From Octopus vulgaris (taxonomy: Eukaryota), in contig OX597833.1 in NCBI GenBank assembly GCA_951406725.2, positions 13,516,001 through 13,580,000 on the forward strand: a DNA stretch of 64,000 nucleotides. The letters are read 5' to 3'. The notes below the pieces were generated by a model. It was not told where the DNA came from, did not search any database, and saw only the letters and a program-made list of their open reading frames with translations. The translations under genes and the position numbers were made by a program. Every line of letters begins with the position of its first letter. Positions within the stretch are counted from its first letter, which is position 1. This document shows positions 26,838 through 39,412 of this stretch, piece after piece.

Positions 26838-27041
26838 AATATTAGGGAATAAATCCAAATTTACAGGGAAAAATCAGATTTAGGATTGAATCCAATTTTA
26901 TAGTAAAATATAATATAATATTAATTAGAGACAAAACCACTATTATGCAAATCAAACAAAGAAAGACTTAATCCAATACATAAAATTTTTTATATAAATT
27001 AAATATAATTAAGATTCTGTGTTTTTTTTTCTCTCTGTGTA

Positions 27042-27079
27042 TCTTTCTGTTGAAGAGCGTAGGCTCGAAACGTTAAAGA
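27042..27079 (+). ncRNA. Minimal hammerhead candidate (family H1) in a TA-anchored element 27016-27178
   Basis: TCTTT-CTGTTGA-A-GAGC(GTAG)GCTC-GAA-ACGT-T|AAAGA; A6 is mutated. Confidence 0.55.
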
Positions 27080-27174
27080 CTTGTTTTATTTATATTTCCT
27101 GAGCGCCATACTAATACAATTGTTTGTTTGTTTTCCACCTGCCTTCGTCTTTTGTCTATTTTCATAAAGCTTCC

Positions 27175-27223
<49 letters not shown>

Positions 27224-27224
<1 letters not shown>

Positions 27225-27613
27225 CTTTATATATAAAAGTTGTGTGTTTGTCTCCTACGATTTAGATTCCTAACTACTCCCACATTTTGCGGTGCAGTTT
27301 AACCAAAAGTGGGTATCTTATAGTCGTGATTCATATCGAGCCCTTCTGGGTATTAGCGCGCGTCTACGATGAGTCTACGATTAAAAAAAAAATTTACCAT
27401 TCTTTTCCATTTTAATGCATTTTTTTCGCTATTAAATAAGGGAAGTAACTCTAAAAATGTCTACGATGAGTCAACGATTTAAAAAAAAATTTACCATAAT
27501 TTTTTCCCCATTTTTAATGCATTTTTTTTGCTATTTTTAGGCTATAACTCTCTAAAAATGCTTATATAGTTATTTCCCGTACAAACCCGAGCAACGCCGG
27601 GCAATACTGCTAG
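27224..27613 (+). mobile_element. Non-autonomous Helitron F
   Basis: A|TC 5' end, subterminal hairpin, CTAG|T 3' end, inside (TA)n. Confidence 0.92.
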
Positions 27614-27629
27614 TATATATATATATATA

Positions 27630-27821
27630 TGATGAACCAAGGAGGAGACAGGAAGAGAGGAGAAAGTCTCATTAATGCCAGTCCTGAGTCTAAAATACTT
27701 CGGTATTCACATATGACATACGCTGGCCTAAACTGACCTAAACTGACCCGATCCGGCCTTACCTCATTTGACGTGAAATGTTCCACACCAACGTATTTCC
27801 TAAAATTTAGGAGGATGTTAT
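27630..27821. repeat. Left arm of a ~190-bp inverted duplication (partner 30259-30451)
   Basis: Reverse-complement match with only a handful of differences. Confidence 0.93.
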
Positions 27822-27893
27822 ATGTGACCGCGTGTGTACCGTTGGCGATTTTTTTCCTCTGTCTTCCCTTCTCTGGATCTTTCTTTCTCCTAT

Positions 27894-27928
27894 GTTTCCG
27901 ACGAAGAGCTCCGCTCGAAACGTTAAAC
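27894..27928 (+). ncRNA. Minimal hammerhead candidate (family H2) in element 27828-28020
   Basis: GTTT-CCGACGA-A-GAGC(TCC)GCTC-GAA-ACGT-T|AAAC. Confidence 0.6.
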
Positions 27929-28023
27929 CCTCCTTTTTTCCTGAGCGTCCAATAATATTATATTTGTTCCACGTCCTCGCGTTGTTGTGTTTTTTTGTGT
28001 TTTCTTGTTTGGATTAACTTATA

Positions 28024-28630
28024 TCTTTATATATAAAAGAGAGGTTGTGTGCTGTCTGTCTCCTACGATTTAGATTCCTAACTACTCCCACATTTTGCGG
28101 TGCAGTTTAACCAAAACCGGGTATCTTATAGTCGTGATTCATATCGAGCCGTTCTGGGTATTAGCGCGCATCTACGATGAGTCTACGATTTAAAAAAAAA
28201 TTTACCATCATTTTTTTCCATTTTAATGCATTTTTTTCGCTATTAAATAAGGGAAGTAACTCTCTAAAATGTCTACGATGAGTCAACGATTTAAAAATAA
28301 ATTTACCATAATTTTTTTCCATTCTAATGCATTTTTTTCGCTAATTAAATAAGGGAAGTAACTCTCTAAAATGTCTACGATGAGTCAACGATTTAAAAAT
28401 AAATTTACCATCATTTTTTTCCATTTTAATGCATTTTTTCGCTATTAAATAAGGGAAGTAACTCTCTAAAAAATGTCTACGATGAGTCAACGATTTAAAA
28501 AAAATTTACCATCATTTTTTTCCCATTTTTAATGCATTTTTTTTTTGCTATTTTTTTGCTATAACTCTCTAAAAATGCTTAGATAGTTATTTCCCGTACA
28601 AACCCGAGCAACGCCGGGCGATACTGCTAG
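28024..28630 (+). mobile_element. Non-autonomous Helitron F with four internal ~100-bp tandem units
   Basis: TC...hairpin-CTAG; GTCTACGATGAGTC unit at ~28171, 28272, 28374 and 28476. Confidence 0.92.
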
Positions 28631-28686
<56 letters not shown>

Positions 28687-29054
28687 GTAGTTGTATGCAG
28701 CCAGAATGCCGCAACTTGCTCATGCCTTTCATAGAAGCCACATCGCATCATCATAGACTGGATACTGAACGATGTACGGAGCCTGATAAAAACGAACTCC
28801 ACCACCACGGCCAACAACATCAGCACGACACGACGCCATTGTCAGCAGCGTTCTTTCTCCTAAATTACAACGCGTGTCAAAGAGCTAAAGATGTCTGTTT
28901 TATTTCATTGTTCAACGATAAACCAGATCATTTTAATCTCATAAACAAACGTTGTTATCTCCGTGTCTCTCCTATCATTAAATCCGATACTTTTTTTCTT
29001 TTACAACTGTGGCATTTATTTACGAATATACTTTTCTATTACTCTGTTTAGTTA

Positions 29055-29408
29055 TTTTAGTCATTTGACTGCGGCTATACTGGAGCACAGCTTTCAAAGG
29101 TTTTTCGTCGAATAAAACTACTCCAGGACTTTTTTAAAGTCTGGTACTTACCCCATCGGTTCCTTTTTGTCGAAGCGCTAGGTAACGGGGACGTAAACAC
29201 ACCAATACCGGTTGTCAAGTGGTGGAGGGTAATGACACACAAAACACTCACACACACACACACGAACACATACGTATACCACGAGCATCTTTCAGTTTCC
29301 GTCTATCAAATCCATTCATAAAGTTTTGGTTGGCCCGAGGCTTTAGTAGAAGACACTTACCTAGGGTGCCACGCAATGGGACTGAACCCGGAACCCTGTG
29401 GTTGAGAT
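29055..29408 (-). mobile_element. Diverged SINE B
   Basis: Reverse complement of the SINE B body and tail. Confidence 0.82.
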
Positions 29409-29420
29409 CTTGTTCTTCCA

Positions 29421-29486
<66 letters not shown>

Positions 29487-29500
29487 GTTGTTATTATTAA

Positions 29501-29745
29501 GGCGGCGAGCTGGCAGAAACGTTAGCACGCCGGGCGAAATGCTTAGCGGTATTTCGCCTGTCTTTACGTTCTGAGTTCAAATTCCGCCGAGGTCGACTTT
29601 GCCTTTCATCCTTTCGGAGTCGATTAAATAAGTACCAGTTACGCACAGGGGTCGATATAATCGACTTAATCCGTTTGTCCTTGTTTGTCCCCTCTGTGGG
29701 CTGTAAAGAAATAAGAATCGTTAGCACGCTAGACGAAATGCTTAG
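29501..29745 (+). mobile_element. SINE A (tail 2) followed by the remainder of another SINE A head
   Basis: AAAGAAATA|AGAATCGTTAGCACGC junction at ~29713. Confidence 0.85.
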
Positions 29746-30258
29746 AGACAGAGACACTTCGACTGTCGCTGTGTGTGTGTGTGTGTATAATTTAGATTCA
29801 GTATGTTATTGCAAAATAAATATTCATAAGATGGTATAAGAACAGAAAAGAATGCATTAGACTTTACATGACTTTAAAAAAAAAACTTTATAAGAGGTGT
29901 TGAAACTGTCGTCCTGAATTTTCAATATATAAGATGACTCTTATACACTCGTTTATAAATAAATCTTGGATGAAAAATATTCAGTGCGGAGAGACTTTTT
30001 GAACATCCTATATTATAATCTATATTTGAACCAACAATCTGCTTTGTCACATCGGAAGTCCTGTGCAATTTCCTCAAATAACCTCCTGAAAACAAATAGG
30101 AATTTCACTCCTTTCCTCTTCTTTCTCTTTCTTTTCTTCTGTTTTTTTCCCCCCCTTTGCTCACTCCTTCCTCATCTTACCTACTCCTTTTTCCCTCTCA
30201 CTACCTCACCTCTCTTCTCCCCTTCTTACATTAATTTGGAAGTATTTTTGTTAATGTG

Positions 30259-30451
30259 ATAACATCCTCCTAAATTTTAGGAAATACGTTGGTGTGGAAC
30301 ATTTCACGTCAAATGAGGTAAGGCCGGATCGGGTCAGTTTAGGTCAGTTTAGGCCAGCGTATGTCATATGTGAATACCGAAGTATTTTAGACTCAGGACT
30401 GGCCTTAATGAGACATTCTCCGTCTCTTCCTATCTCCTCCTTGGTTCATCA
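30259..30451. repeat. Right arm of the inverted duplication
   Basis: Reverse complement of 27630-27821. Confidence 0.93.
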
Positions 30452-30529
30452 AATATGGTTTGTTTTGGGTTTCTTCGGGTCATCAACATCTTGGTCCAGT
30501 CGTGGGAGCGCCGCTATGTCATTTATTTT

Positions 30530-30958
30530 TTTTACTTGTTCTGTCGGTTGACTGCGGCCGCGCTGGAGCACCAGCTTAAAGGGGCTGGGGGGTATTAGTC
30601 GAACAAACTGCCCCCACCCCCGGAATTTTTAAAGCCTAGTACCTATTCTATCGGCCTTTTTGCCGAACCGCTAAGTTATGGGGACGTAAACACAGCAACA
30701 GTTGTTGTCAGTGGTTGTGGTTGGACAGAGACACGAAGAAACACACACACGAACACTCATATATATATACATACAAATATATATATATATATACACACAC
30801 ATATATATATATATATATACACATATATACACATATAAATATATATATATACACATATAAATATATATATATATACATAAATATATATATGCACATACAA
30901 ATATATATATACGTATATATATACATACATGCTACATGCATACAAATATACACACATA

Positions 30959-30995
<37 letters not shown>

Positions 30996-31130
30996 GTTCT
31001 TTTAGTTTCCGTCTACCAAATCCACTCACAAGGCTTTGGTCAGCCCGAGGCTATAGTAGAAGACACTTGTCCGAGGTGCCACGCTGTGGTACTGAAACCA
31101 GAACAATGCGGTTGAGAAGCAAACTTCTTC
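30530..31130 (-). mobile_element. SINE B with an expanded internal TA/CA microsatellite
   Basis: Tail 30530-30720, ~250-bp microsatellite, head part 30995-31130. Confidence 0.85.
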
Positions 31131-31456
31131 CCGATGGCCAATTACGTCTCACGCATCTCACCGTCCGCAAAAGATGGCCCATACTTCATGATTCGATTCT
31201 TGGACAGGAGAATGTGTTGTGTCTTTGTGCAAGGGCCTTTATTTCTTGTTGCTCCAGTTCTAGTGTCTCCCCCTTCAGTTTCTGTCTCACTCACCCGCTC
31301 TCTTCCTCCTCCTCTGGTTCCATCCTGAAAGTTCTGGTGGGTCACAGGGTTAGGAGGACCGAGACGGTGTCCATTTCTGATCGCAATTAGATGGATACCG
31401 AAACTGACTCGAGACCGCATGAAACATATTACGAAGTTATATTCGCATGGCTATCC

Positions 31457-31497
<41 letters not shown>

Positions 31498-31732
31498 GTT
31501 GTCATAGCTACAGTATTTACTTACTCGGGTGCAATTTGATTTGCAATGTAAAGCGACCGGCACTTTTTGTACCTAAATGTCATTTATACATTCTCTCTCT
31601 CTCTCTCTCTTTCACATACATACCATATCTATAAACGCACATATATATACACACACTGTATATATATATATATATATATATATACTCATATATATATCAT
31701 ATCTATCTATCTATCTCTCTCTCTCTCTCTCT

Positions 31733-31784
<52 letters not shown>

Positions 31785-31797
31785 GCTTACATACATA

Positions 31798-32140
31798 GGC
31801 GCAGGAGTGGCTGTGTGGTAAGAAGCTTGTTTTCCAGCCACATGGTACCAGGCTAAGTCCCACTGCGTGGCATCTTGATAAAGTGTCTTCTGCTATAGCC
31901 GCGGACCGACCAAAGCCTTGTGAGTGGATTTCGTAGACGGAAAATGAAAGAAGCCCTATATATATATGTATGTATATAAATGTGGGTGTGTGTGTGTATA
32001 CATAATGTGTTTGTGTTTGTCCGGCCACCATCGCTTGACAACCGATGTTGGTGTGTTTACTTCCCCGCAACTTAGTGGTTCGGCAATAGGCGGTGCTTTA
32101 ACATGGTCACAGTCAAAATGATTGAAACAAGTAAAAGAAT
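31798..32140 (+). mobile_element. SINE B with an internal deletion
   Basis: GGCGCAGGAGTGGCTGTGTGG head; tail ends GAAACAAGTAAAAGA. Confidence 0.88.
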
Positions 32141-32403
32141 ACATACACACAGACATAAATATATATATATATATATATACATTTATATAATCAGTAATAA
32201 TAAAGGGTAAAATTAATTAATCAATTAGTAATGAATAATTCTACCAAGTAGTGATCAGTATGTTAAAAGGAGCATTTACGGTAAACTTAAACATTACTTT
32301 CTATAATTATGAGTATAATTATAATTAGGGTTCAGCAAAAAAATTTGCTTCGCCACATACCGAACTTTTAGAAATAGCAGCCAAAGAACTTAGCTATTTC
32401 TTC

Positions 32404-32444
<41 letters not shown>

Positions 32445-32445
<1 letters not shown>

Positions 32446-32834
32446 TAGCAGTATCGCTCGGCGTTGCTCGGGTTTGTAAGGGAAATAACTCTATAAGCAT
32501 TTTTAGAGATGTAAAGTATAATAGCCATCTCAATATGGCTAACCACAAAGGGGGGGTACTGTAGCTTTTTACGTTCTGAGATTTAATAATAAATTTTTAG
32601 AGAGTTACTTCCCTTATATATGCCAAAAATGCATTAAAAATGGGAAAAATTGATGGTAAATTTTTTTTTAAATCGTAGACTCATCGTAGACGCGCGCTAA
32701 TACCCAGAAGGGCTCGATATGAATCACGACTATAAGATACCCGGTTTTGGTTAAACTGCACCGCAAAATGTGGGAGTAGTTAGGAATCTAAATCGTAGGA
32801 GACAGACACACAACCTTACTTTAATATATAAAGA
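32445..32834 (-). mobile_element. Non-autonomous Helitron F variant
   Basis: Reverse-complement TC...CTAG termini and hairpin; different internal segment at 32510-32590. Confidence 0.9.
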
Positions 32835-32925
32835 TAAATAGCATGATAGAGACAGAAAATGGAATATATGAGCTTCACCGGCTTAGTACTAGGAACATAC
32901 TCAACACTTAAATATTTACTTAGAT

Positions 32926-33002
<77 letters not shown>

Positions 33003-33071
33003 GATTTCGCTATGCTGGACCGGTAAATCTACAAGTTCTTTTCATTGTCTCTCTGTTTATTGTCCCTTATT

Positions 33072-33108
33072 TCTTTCTGTTGAAGAGCGTAGGCTCGAAA
33101 CATAAAAC
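33072..33108 (+). ncRNA. Degenerate family H1 hammerhead in element 33040-33205
   Basis: TCTTT-CTGTTGA-A-GAGCGTAGGCTC-GAAACATAAAA. Confidence 0.4.
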
Positions 33109-33411
33109 ACTTTGCTTTTTATTTTCCCGAATGTCAAGCTAATACGCCTGCTTGTTGTTCACACACCTGTTTTCGTCTTTTGCTTTTCCATAAATTTCAA
33201 CTAATATATATATATATATTACATATATATGCATATGTTTTAATTATTAATATATTACATAACGGAACGTACGCATCCATTTCTAAGTAAGATTGTTTTT
33301 ATATATATATATATATATATATATAGGGAGAATTCAGAAGAAACAAAGACGATGACAGGTGGTGTAGACAACAAACAGATGTATTAGTATAACGCTCAGG
33401 AAGTGAAAAAG

Positions 33412-33449
33412 TCTTTAACGTTTCGAGCCTACGCTCTTCCACAGAAAGG
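33412..33449 (-). ncRNA. Family H1 hammerhead in element 33325-33530
   Basis: Minus strand: CTTT-CTGTGGA-A-GAGCGTAGGCTC-GAA-ACGT-T|AAAG. Confidence 0.5.
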
Positions 33450-33904
33450 AACACAGAAAGAAACAAGGAGAGAAATTAAAGAATGTGTAGTGGCTAGCGA
33501 TCTATCATGGCGAATGCCGGGCAGAAGGGACACACAGGAAAGTGAAGGATTATCAATCCAGGCAAAATACTTCATAAGCCCTCTGTTGACGCACCAAGAA
33601 ACAGCTGTAAGCCAAATTTACTCCAATATGTAATGACCGTTATATATACCTTGTCTTATATACACGCTTGTGTACATCTAGACACGCACACACACGTAAT
33701 GTTACAGTCTAGTATAAATGCTAATGTCACTCCTGTTCTGGTTTCTGGTATTTGTGTTAATTTTCTCGCATTATACACGAGTAAATACCGTGTTTGCCAA
33801 AGATTGGTGTCAACAATAACAACAGAAACATTCGCACTTTTATTTCCACTAATTTCTATTGTTTGTGATTCACGTGGATATATCATCGTTATCAGCATTA
33901 TGAC

Positions 33905-34565
33905 CGTCATCATCATCACTAATCATCATCATCACCACCACCACCGTCATCACCATCATCATCATCCACTGGAATCGCCACCACCTTGACTACCATAACC
34001 ACCACCACCACCATCACCTCCACTGCCGTCATCACCATCACTACCATCCACCAGAGTCGCCACCACCATGGCCACCATAACCACCATCACCACCACCTTC
34101 ACTGCCGTCATCACCATCACTACCATCCACTAGAATCGCTACCACCACCACCATCATTAAGATCACCACCATCACCTCCACTGCCGTCATCACCATCACT
34201 ACCATCCACTAGAGTCGCCACCACCATGGCTACCATAACCACCACCACCACCATCCCCACTTCCGTCTTCACCATCACCACCATCCACTAGAATCGCTAC
34301 CACCATGGCTACCATAACCACCACCACCACCACCTCCACTGCCGTCATCACCATCACCACCATCCACTAGAATCGCCACCACCACTACCACCACCACCTC
34401 CACTGCCGTCATCACCATCACTACCATCCACTAGAATCGCTACCACCACTAAGATCACCACCACCACCACCACCACCACTGCCGTCATCACCATCCACTA
34501 CCATCCACCAGAATCGCTACCACCACTAAGATCACCACCACCACCACCACCACCACCACTACCAA
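33905..34565. repeat. (CAC/CAT)n tract with a higher-order unit CACTGCCGTCATCACCATCACTACCATCCACTAGAATCGC
   Basis: Unit recurs about seven times. Confidence 0.9.
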
Positions 34566-35214
34566 CGTTCAGTGTTCCGACATATTTTCCTCAGTTTCCC
34601 ACGCTGCTACCTAATAACGTGGAAGGGTGGAGCGGAAAGTTTTACAATGAAAAACTTCTAGGACTCTCTGTGTATGTGTGCTTGTGTTTGTGTGTGCATG
34701 TTTGCGTGCGTGTGCTTGTGTGCGTGTGTGTGTGTTACATATGTAGTATTTTGCTCTATGACATATAGAGAGTATAACACAAAAACTACAACAAACAAAA
34801 AGCATCAATGACCCACACTAGGAAGGAAGGAAGGAGGGATGGATGGAGGGAAGCTGTATTATTTTAATGTTAAGTTTTGCTGATGAGGCAGCTTAAACTG
34901 TGTCTGTTTTAAGATGTGTGGCTGAAGGAATGTTCGCTTTGGGTGAAAAGTAATTTAGCTTAAATGAATGAATGGATGGCATTGGACTGGCTGGGATCTA
35001 GCTTTCGGTATGGACAAACCTTTCTAGGTTCGGAGTGTCGGAATGTTATTGTCTTTAATAGTCATGTTGCTGGGGGGCGGGGTTAATTGGATGGGCGGAC
35101 GGACGGACGGACGGATGGATGGATGGATGGATGGATCAAAATTGTACAAAAAACGGGGAAATGTGGGAAACAACAAACAAGATTTATTAGTAGGAAAGTC
35201 CGTATACACGAAAT

Positions 35215-35221
35215 GTATGTA

Positions 35222-35273
<52 letters not shown>

Positions 35274-35782
35274 TGTATGTGTGTGTGTATGTGTGTATAT
35301 ATGTATGTATGTATGTGTGTGTGTATGTGTGTATGTGTGTATGTATGTGTGTGTGTATGTATGTGTGTATATATGTATGTATGTGTATGTGTGTATATAT
35401 GTATGTATGTGTATGTGTGTATATATGTATGTATGTGTGTGTGTATGTGTGTATATATGTATGTGTGTGTGTATGTATGTGTGTGTGTGTATGTATGTAT
35501 GAATGTGTGTGTGTGTATGTATGTGTGTGTATGTTTGTATGTATGTATGTTTGTATGTATGTATGTACATACCTAAGTATGTATATACGTATGTGTATGT
35601 ATGTGTATGTACGTATGTTTGTATGTAATTATGTATATGTAATATATGTATATATATATGCATGTTTGTATGTTTGTATGTATTTATGTATGTAATTTAT
35701 GTATATGTATTATGTATTATGTATGTATGTATGTATGTATGAATGCATGCATGCATGTATGTATGTATGTATGTATGTATGT
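35215..35782. repeat. (TG)/(TATG)n microsatellite
   Basis: Direct reading. Confidence 0.95.
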
Positions 35783-36107
35783 CATTATTCATTTTTTTTT
35801 TCAAGATTTCTTGCCAGTAGAGAAAGAGCCGGTTTCTAACCAAGATCCAAGACTCCTTCATTGGAATTTCAACAACATCAACAGAGTATTTTTTCTATGT
35901 ACATATGTACGTAAGTACGTATGAATATGTGCAGATTCGTATGTTTTCTTTTATGTATGTCTATACATGCATATACTTACATGTCTAGACATGCTCATAT
36001 ATATTTAAATGATAAACTTCTGGAAAGTTTTACAGATTTTTACAGTTCCCGTGATGGATTGGATCTGTAGTCTTCGAATCAGTTTTCTCTTTTCTGGTTA
36101 AGTGTCT

Positions 36108-36590
36108 GTGTGTATGAGTGTATGTATGTGTATGTGAATGTATATGTACGAGCGTGTGTGCATGTATATGTACGAGCGTGTATGCGTGTGTATGTACGAG
36201 TGTGTGTATGTTCAAGCGTGTGTGTGTGTGTATGTGCGAGTGTTTGCGTGTGTGTGTGTACGAGTGTATGCGTGTGTGTATGTGCGAGTGTGTGCGAGCG
36301 TGTGTGCGTGTATGTACGAGTGCGAGCGTGTGTATGTACGAGTGCGAGCGTGTGTATGTACGAGTGCGAGCGTGTGTATGTACGAGTGTGAGCGTGTGTA
36401 TGTACGAGTGTGTGCGTGTATGTACGAGTATATGCGTGTGTACGAGTGTATGCGTGTGTGTACGTACGAGTGTGTGCGTATGCGTCTGTGCGAATATGTG
36501 CGTGTATCTATGCGAGTGTGTGCGTGTGTATGTACGAACGTGCGTATATATGTACGAGTGTGTATGTATGTGTGTGTGTGTGTGCGCGCG
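36108..36590. repeat. TG-derived minisatellite GTACGAGTGCGAGCGTGTGTAT
   Basis: Recurrent GTACGAG motif in a TG background. Confidence 0.9.
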
Positions 36591-36653
36591 CTTCATTCGT
36601 TTTAACATTTGTTTTCGTTGATGCACGGAACCAAAGTGAGTGCATATATTCAT

Positions 36654-36861
36654 TTAACCTTCTAACATTCAGAATTCGTTGTCAAATGTAAGTCTTACTT
36701 ATTCGCATAATTCACATAATTTCTCTCGTAGCTTTGACATTTCAATGATGTGATTGTTTATTGTTATAAATGACATTTTAGGATAGGTGTAAGAGGACAG
36801 ATCTGGAAAACCGGTTGAATATTTCAGCCTGATGTGATCAGTTTAAATGCTGAAGAGTCAC
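36654..36861. mobile_element. Decayed piggyBac-type MITE
   Basis: TTAA|CCTTCTAACATTCAGA...TTTAAATGCTGAAGAG degenerate TIRs. Confidence 0.45.
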
Positions 36862-36936
36862 AGAATCTCAAATGAAGAATCTTTGAAATGCCTTACAGAT
36901 TTTCAGTGTGTCGCAAATAGATTGAATTTGAGGATT

Positions 36937-37022
<86 letters not shown>

Positions 37023-37084
37023 AGAATGTGATTATATATATATATAATTATATATGTATGTATATGTATACGTGTGTGTATCCT

Positions 37085-37460
37085 TTTATTCTTTTACTTG
37101 TTTCAGTCATTTGACTGCGGCCATGTTGGAGCACGCCTTGAGGGGTCTTTAGTCGAACAAATCGACCTAGGACTTATTTTAAGCCTGGTACTTATTCTAC
37201 CAGTCTCTTTTACTGAGCCGCTAAGTTACGGGGACGTAAACATATCAACATCGGTTGTCAAGTGATAGTATGGGGACAAACATAGATACAATATATGTGT
37301 GTGTGTATTACGCGTTTCTTTCAGTTTTCGTCTACTAAATCCACTCACAAGGCCCGAGAGTATAGTAGAAGACACTTGCCCAAGGTGCCACGTACTGGGA
37401 CTCAACCTAGAACCATGTGCTATGGATGCAAGCTTCTTACCACACAGCCATACCTGCGCC

Positions 37461-37461
<1 letters not shown>
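37085..37461 (-). mobile_element. SINE B
   Basis: Reverse complement of SINE B; head ends CCTGCGCC. Confidence 0.88.
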
Positions 37462-37491
<30 letters not shown>

Positions 37492-37498
37492 CCTTGGT

Positions 37499-38882
37499 AC
37501 TGTATTTGCCAGTGTATAAGACCCATCCTCGTACAACAGGCACTATCGTACAAGACGTGCCCCTACTTTACAAATACATTTTCTGGGCAAAAAAATTCAG
37601 TTTGTTCCATAGTACACATATTACCTTCGCCTTATCGAAAGCAGAGGTATTGGTTTCAGTCGCGTTTGTTTGTCCATGGGCAAGGTATCTCAAAAACCAC
37701 TGGATGGATTCAGGTAAAACTTTCAAGGATGTTTAACCTCGTGTCTGGCACGAACTGATTAGATTTTGGGGTCGATCTGGTACCGGACAAGAATTCTGCA
37801 TTATTTGTTGTATTTACTTTACTTTACATGATTACGATCTTACGATAACTTTTAAGTCTTTCACAATTATCTCCCTTTAGACTGTAACTATTTTGAATGG
37901 TGAATTTGTTAACTTTGGCTTGTATTAGATAAGGATAAACTATTTATTACTGATACTAAATTTTCTACACCCACCTTCACATTCCTTGACTATCATTGGG
38001 ATCGATCAGGTACCGGACAAGGATTCTGGATTATTTTTCCTGTTTTTTTTTTTTTTTTACTTAATTTTTGGGAGCAGTCGGGTTCATTTTTAGTATTCTC
38101 GTTTGTGAGAGCAGTCGAGTTTATTTCAGATATTCTCATTTTAAAAATCATCTCTGGCAAATCGTTGAGACGACGTTGGTGTTGCCTTGCCGGAGGTTTG
38201 TGCTCTCTGAGTGCTCTTGTTGATATCGATTTTAAAATGGTCTTTTAGGACAAATGGATGCTTCTGCAACAATATAATGAAACCAAGTATGGAACTATAA
38301 ATTCAACATAAGCTACATTATACGAATACCATATCTCAACTTCCTTCAGATCAACTGAATCATAGTTTATATTTGCTTGAGAGAATTGCCATACTGGATG
38401 TATAACTCGTACTTCTGGCTATGATGTTATTACATCAAAGTGGTGCGCCACTCCTATGATTTTGTCGTCATCCACTTGTTTCAAATCGCTAACAGGTGAT
38501 GAAAGTTTAAACATACCTTTCATCTTTCATGGAGAATTTTTCATTTAGAAAAATTTTTTTTAATGTTTCTTAAAAATAACACGGTCACTAAATAATGTAA
38601 GACGCATATCAGGTATGCTAAGGAAGGAGGTGTAATGAGATAATGTGACTTCACCACATAACAGCCGACGTACTGTAAGCATTTTCTTTTAAGTCTGTAC
38701 TAAAAGACCATGTTATTTTGGTCAGTTTTCAACATTTTATTCTTAGTAACAGTTATTGTGTCTAACGGATTTATGCTCATCCAGATCACTAGCCTACAAA
38801 ACTCTGTCCCTCATCCGTTATACGGCCGCATTTTTTGATACATTTAAAAAACAGAGCGCATCTTATACGCTGGTAAACACTG
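37499..38882 (+). mobile_element. pogo-like DNA transposon derivative with a transposase remnant and a nested insertion
   Basis: TIR CTGTATTTGCCAGTGTATAAGAC / TCTTATACGCTGGTAAACACTG; 38232-38330 translates FKMVF*DKWMLLQQYNETKYG.., resembling a pogo DDE C-terminal region. Confidence 0.55.
37620..38221 (+). mobile_element. Helentron-associated (DINE-1/HINE-like) non-autonomous element
   Basis: 5' subTIR ATTACCTTCGCC with nearby inverted GCAGAGGTA; 3' GCCGGAGGT plus hairpin GTGCTCTCTGAGTGC, ending in TT. Confidence 0.7.
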
Positions 38883-39412
38883 TTTATAAATAAGCTTTTT
38901 ATACGATGATATTGAGCAAAATTAATGCTTTTCCTGACGTCCGTCGAGTGTCCGTTACATAAATTGGATGGCTTTTATTAGCCGTCACTTGTTGGTAGAG
39001 CGGCTGGCTGGTTTATCCAAGCAAATAGACATTTAAGAGGTGTTAAAACGTTTGTTAGAACAAACGTTTTAACACCTCTACGTGGTAGCCCGATATTCCT
39101 AGAAATAGCAGTCAAATTTCCAACAAATCACATCTTAGCACCTTAAGTTCCGCTGGGCCAGACATATGGCAAGGTTCACCTGTGTTGTTGCGGGGAGGTA
39201 TTCAAGAAATCAGAAAAGACTATTCAGAAGGCCTCCATAACGATGAGAAAAAAATGCAATCAAGACAGAATTAGAAGTGCATCGTGATCAGCGGTGTATC
39301 ACAACATCCGATAGTCCGGTCGATACCGTGAAATATATATTGTATGTGTGTCTGTGTGTCTCATCGTGTATTAATGGGAGAAAAATGTTCTCCATAAATT
39401 TTGAAGAGTTAT

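Noticed and set aside
34878-34910. CTGATGAG motif
   Set aside because: No downstream GAAA and no stem I
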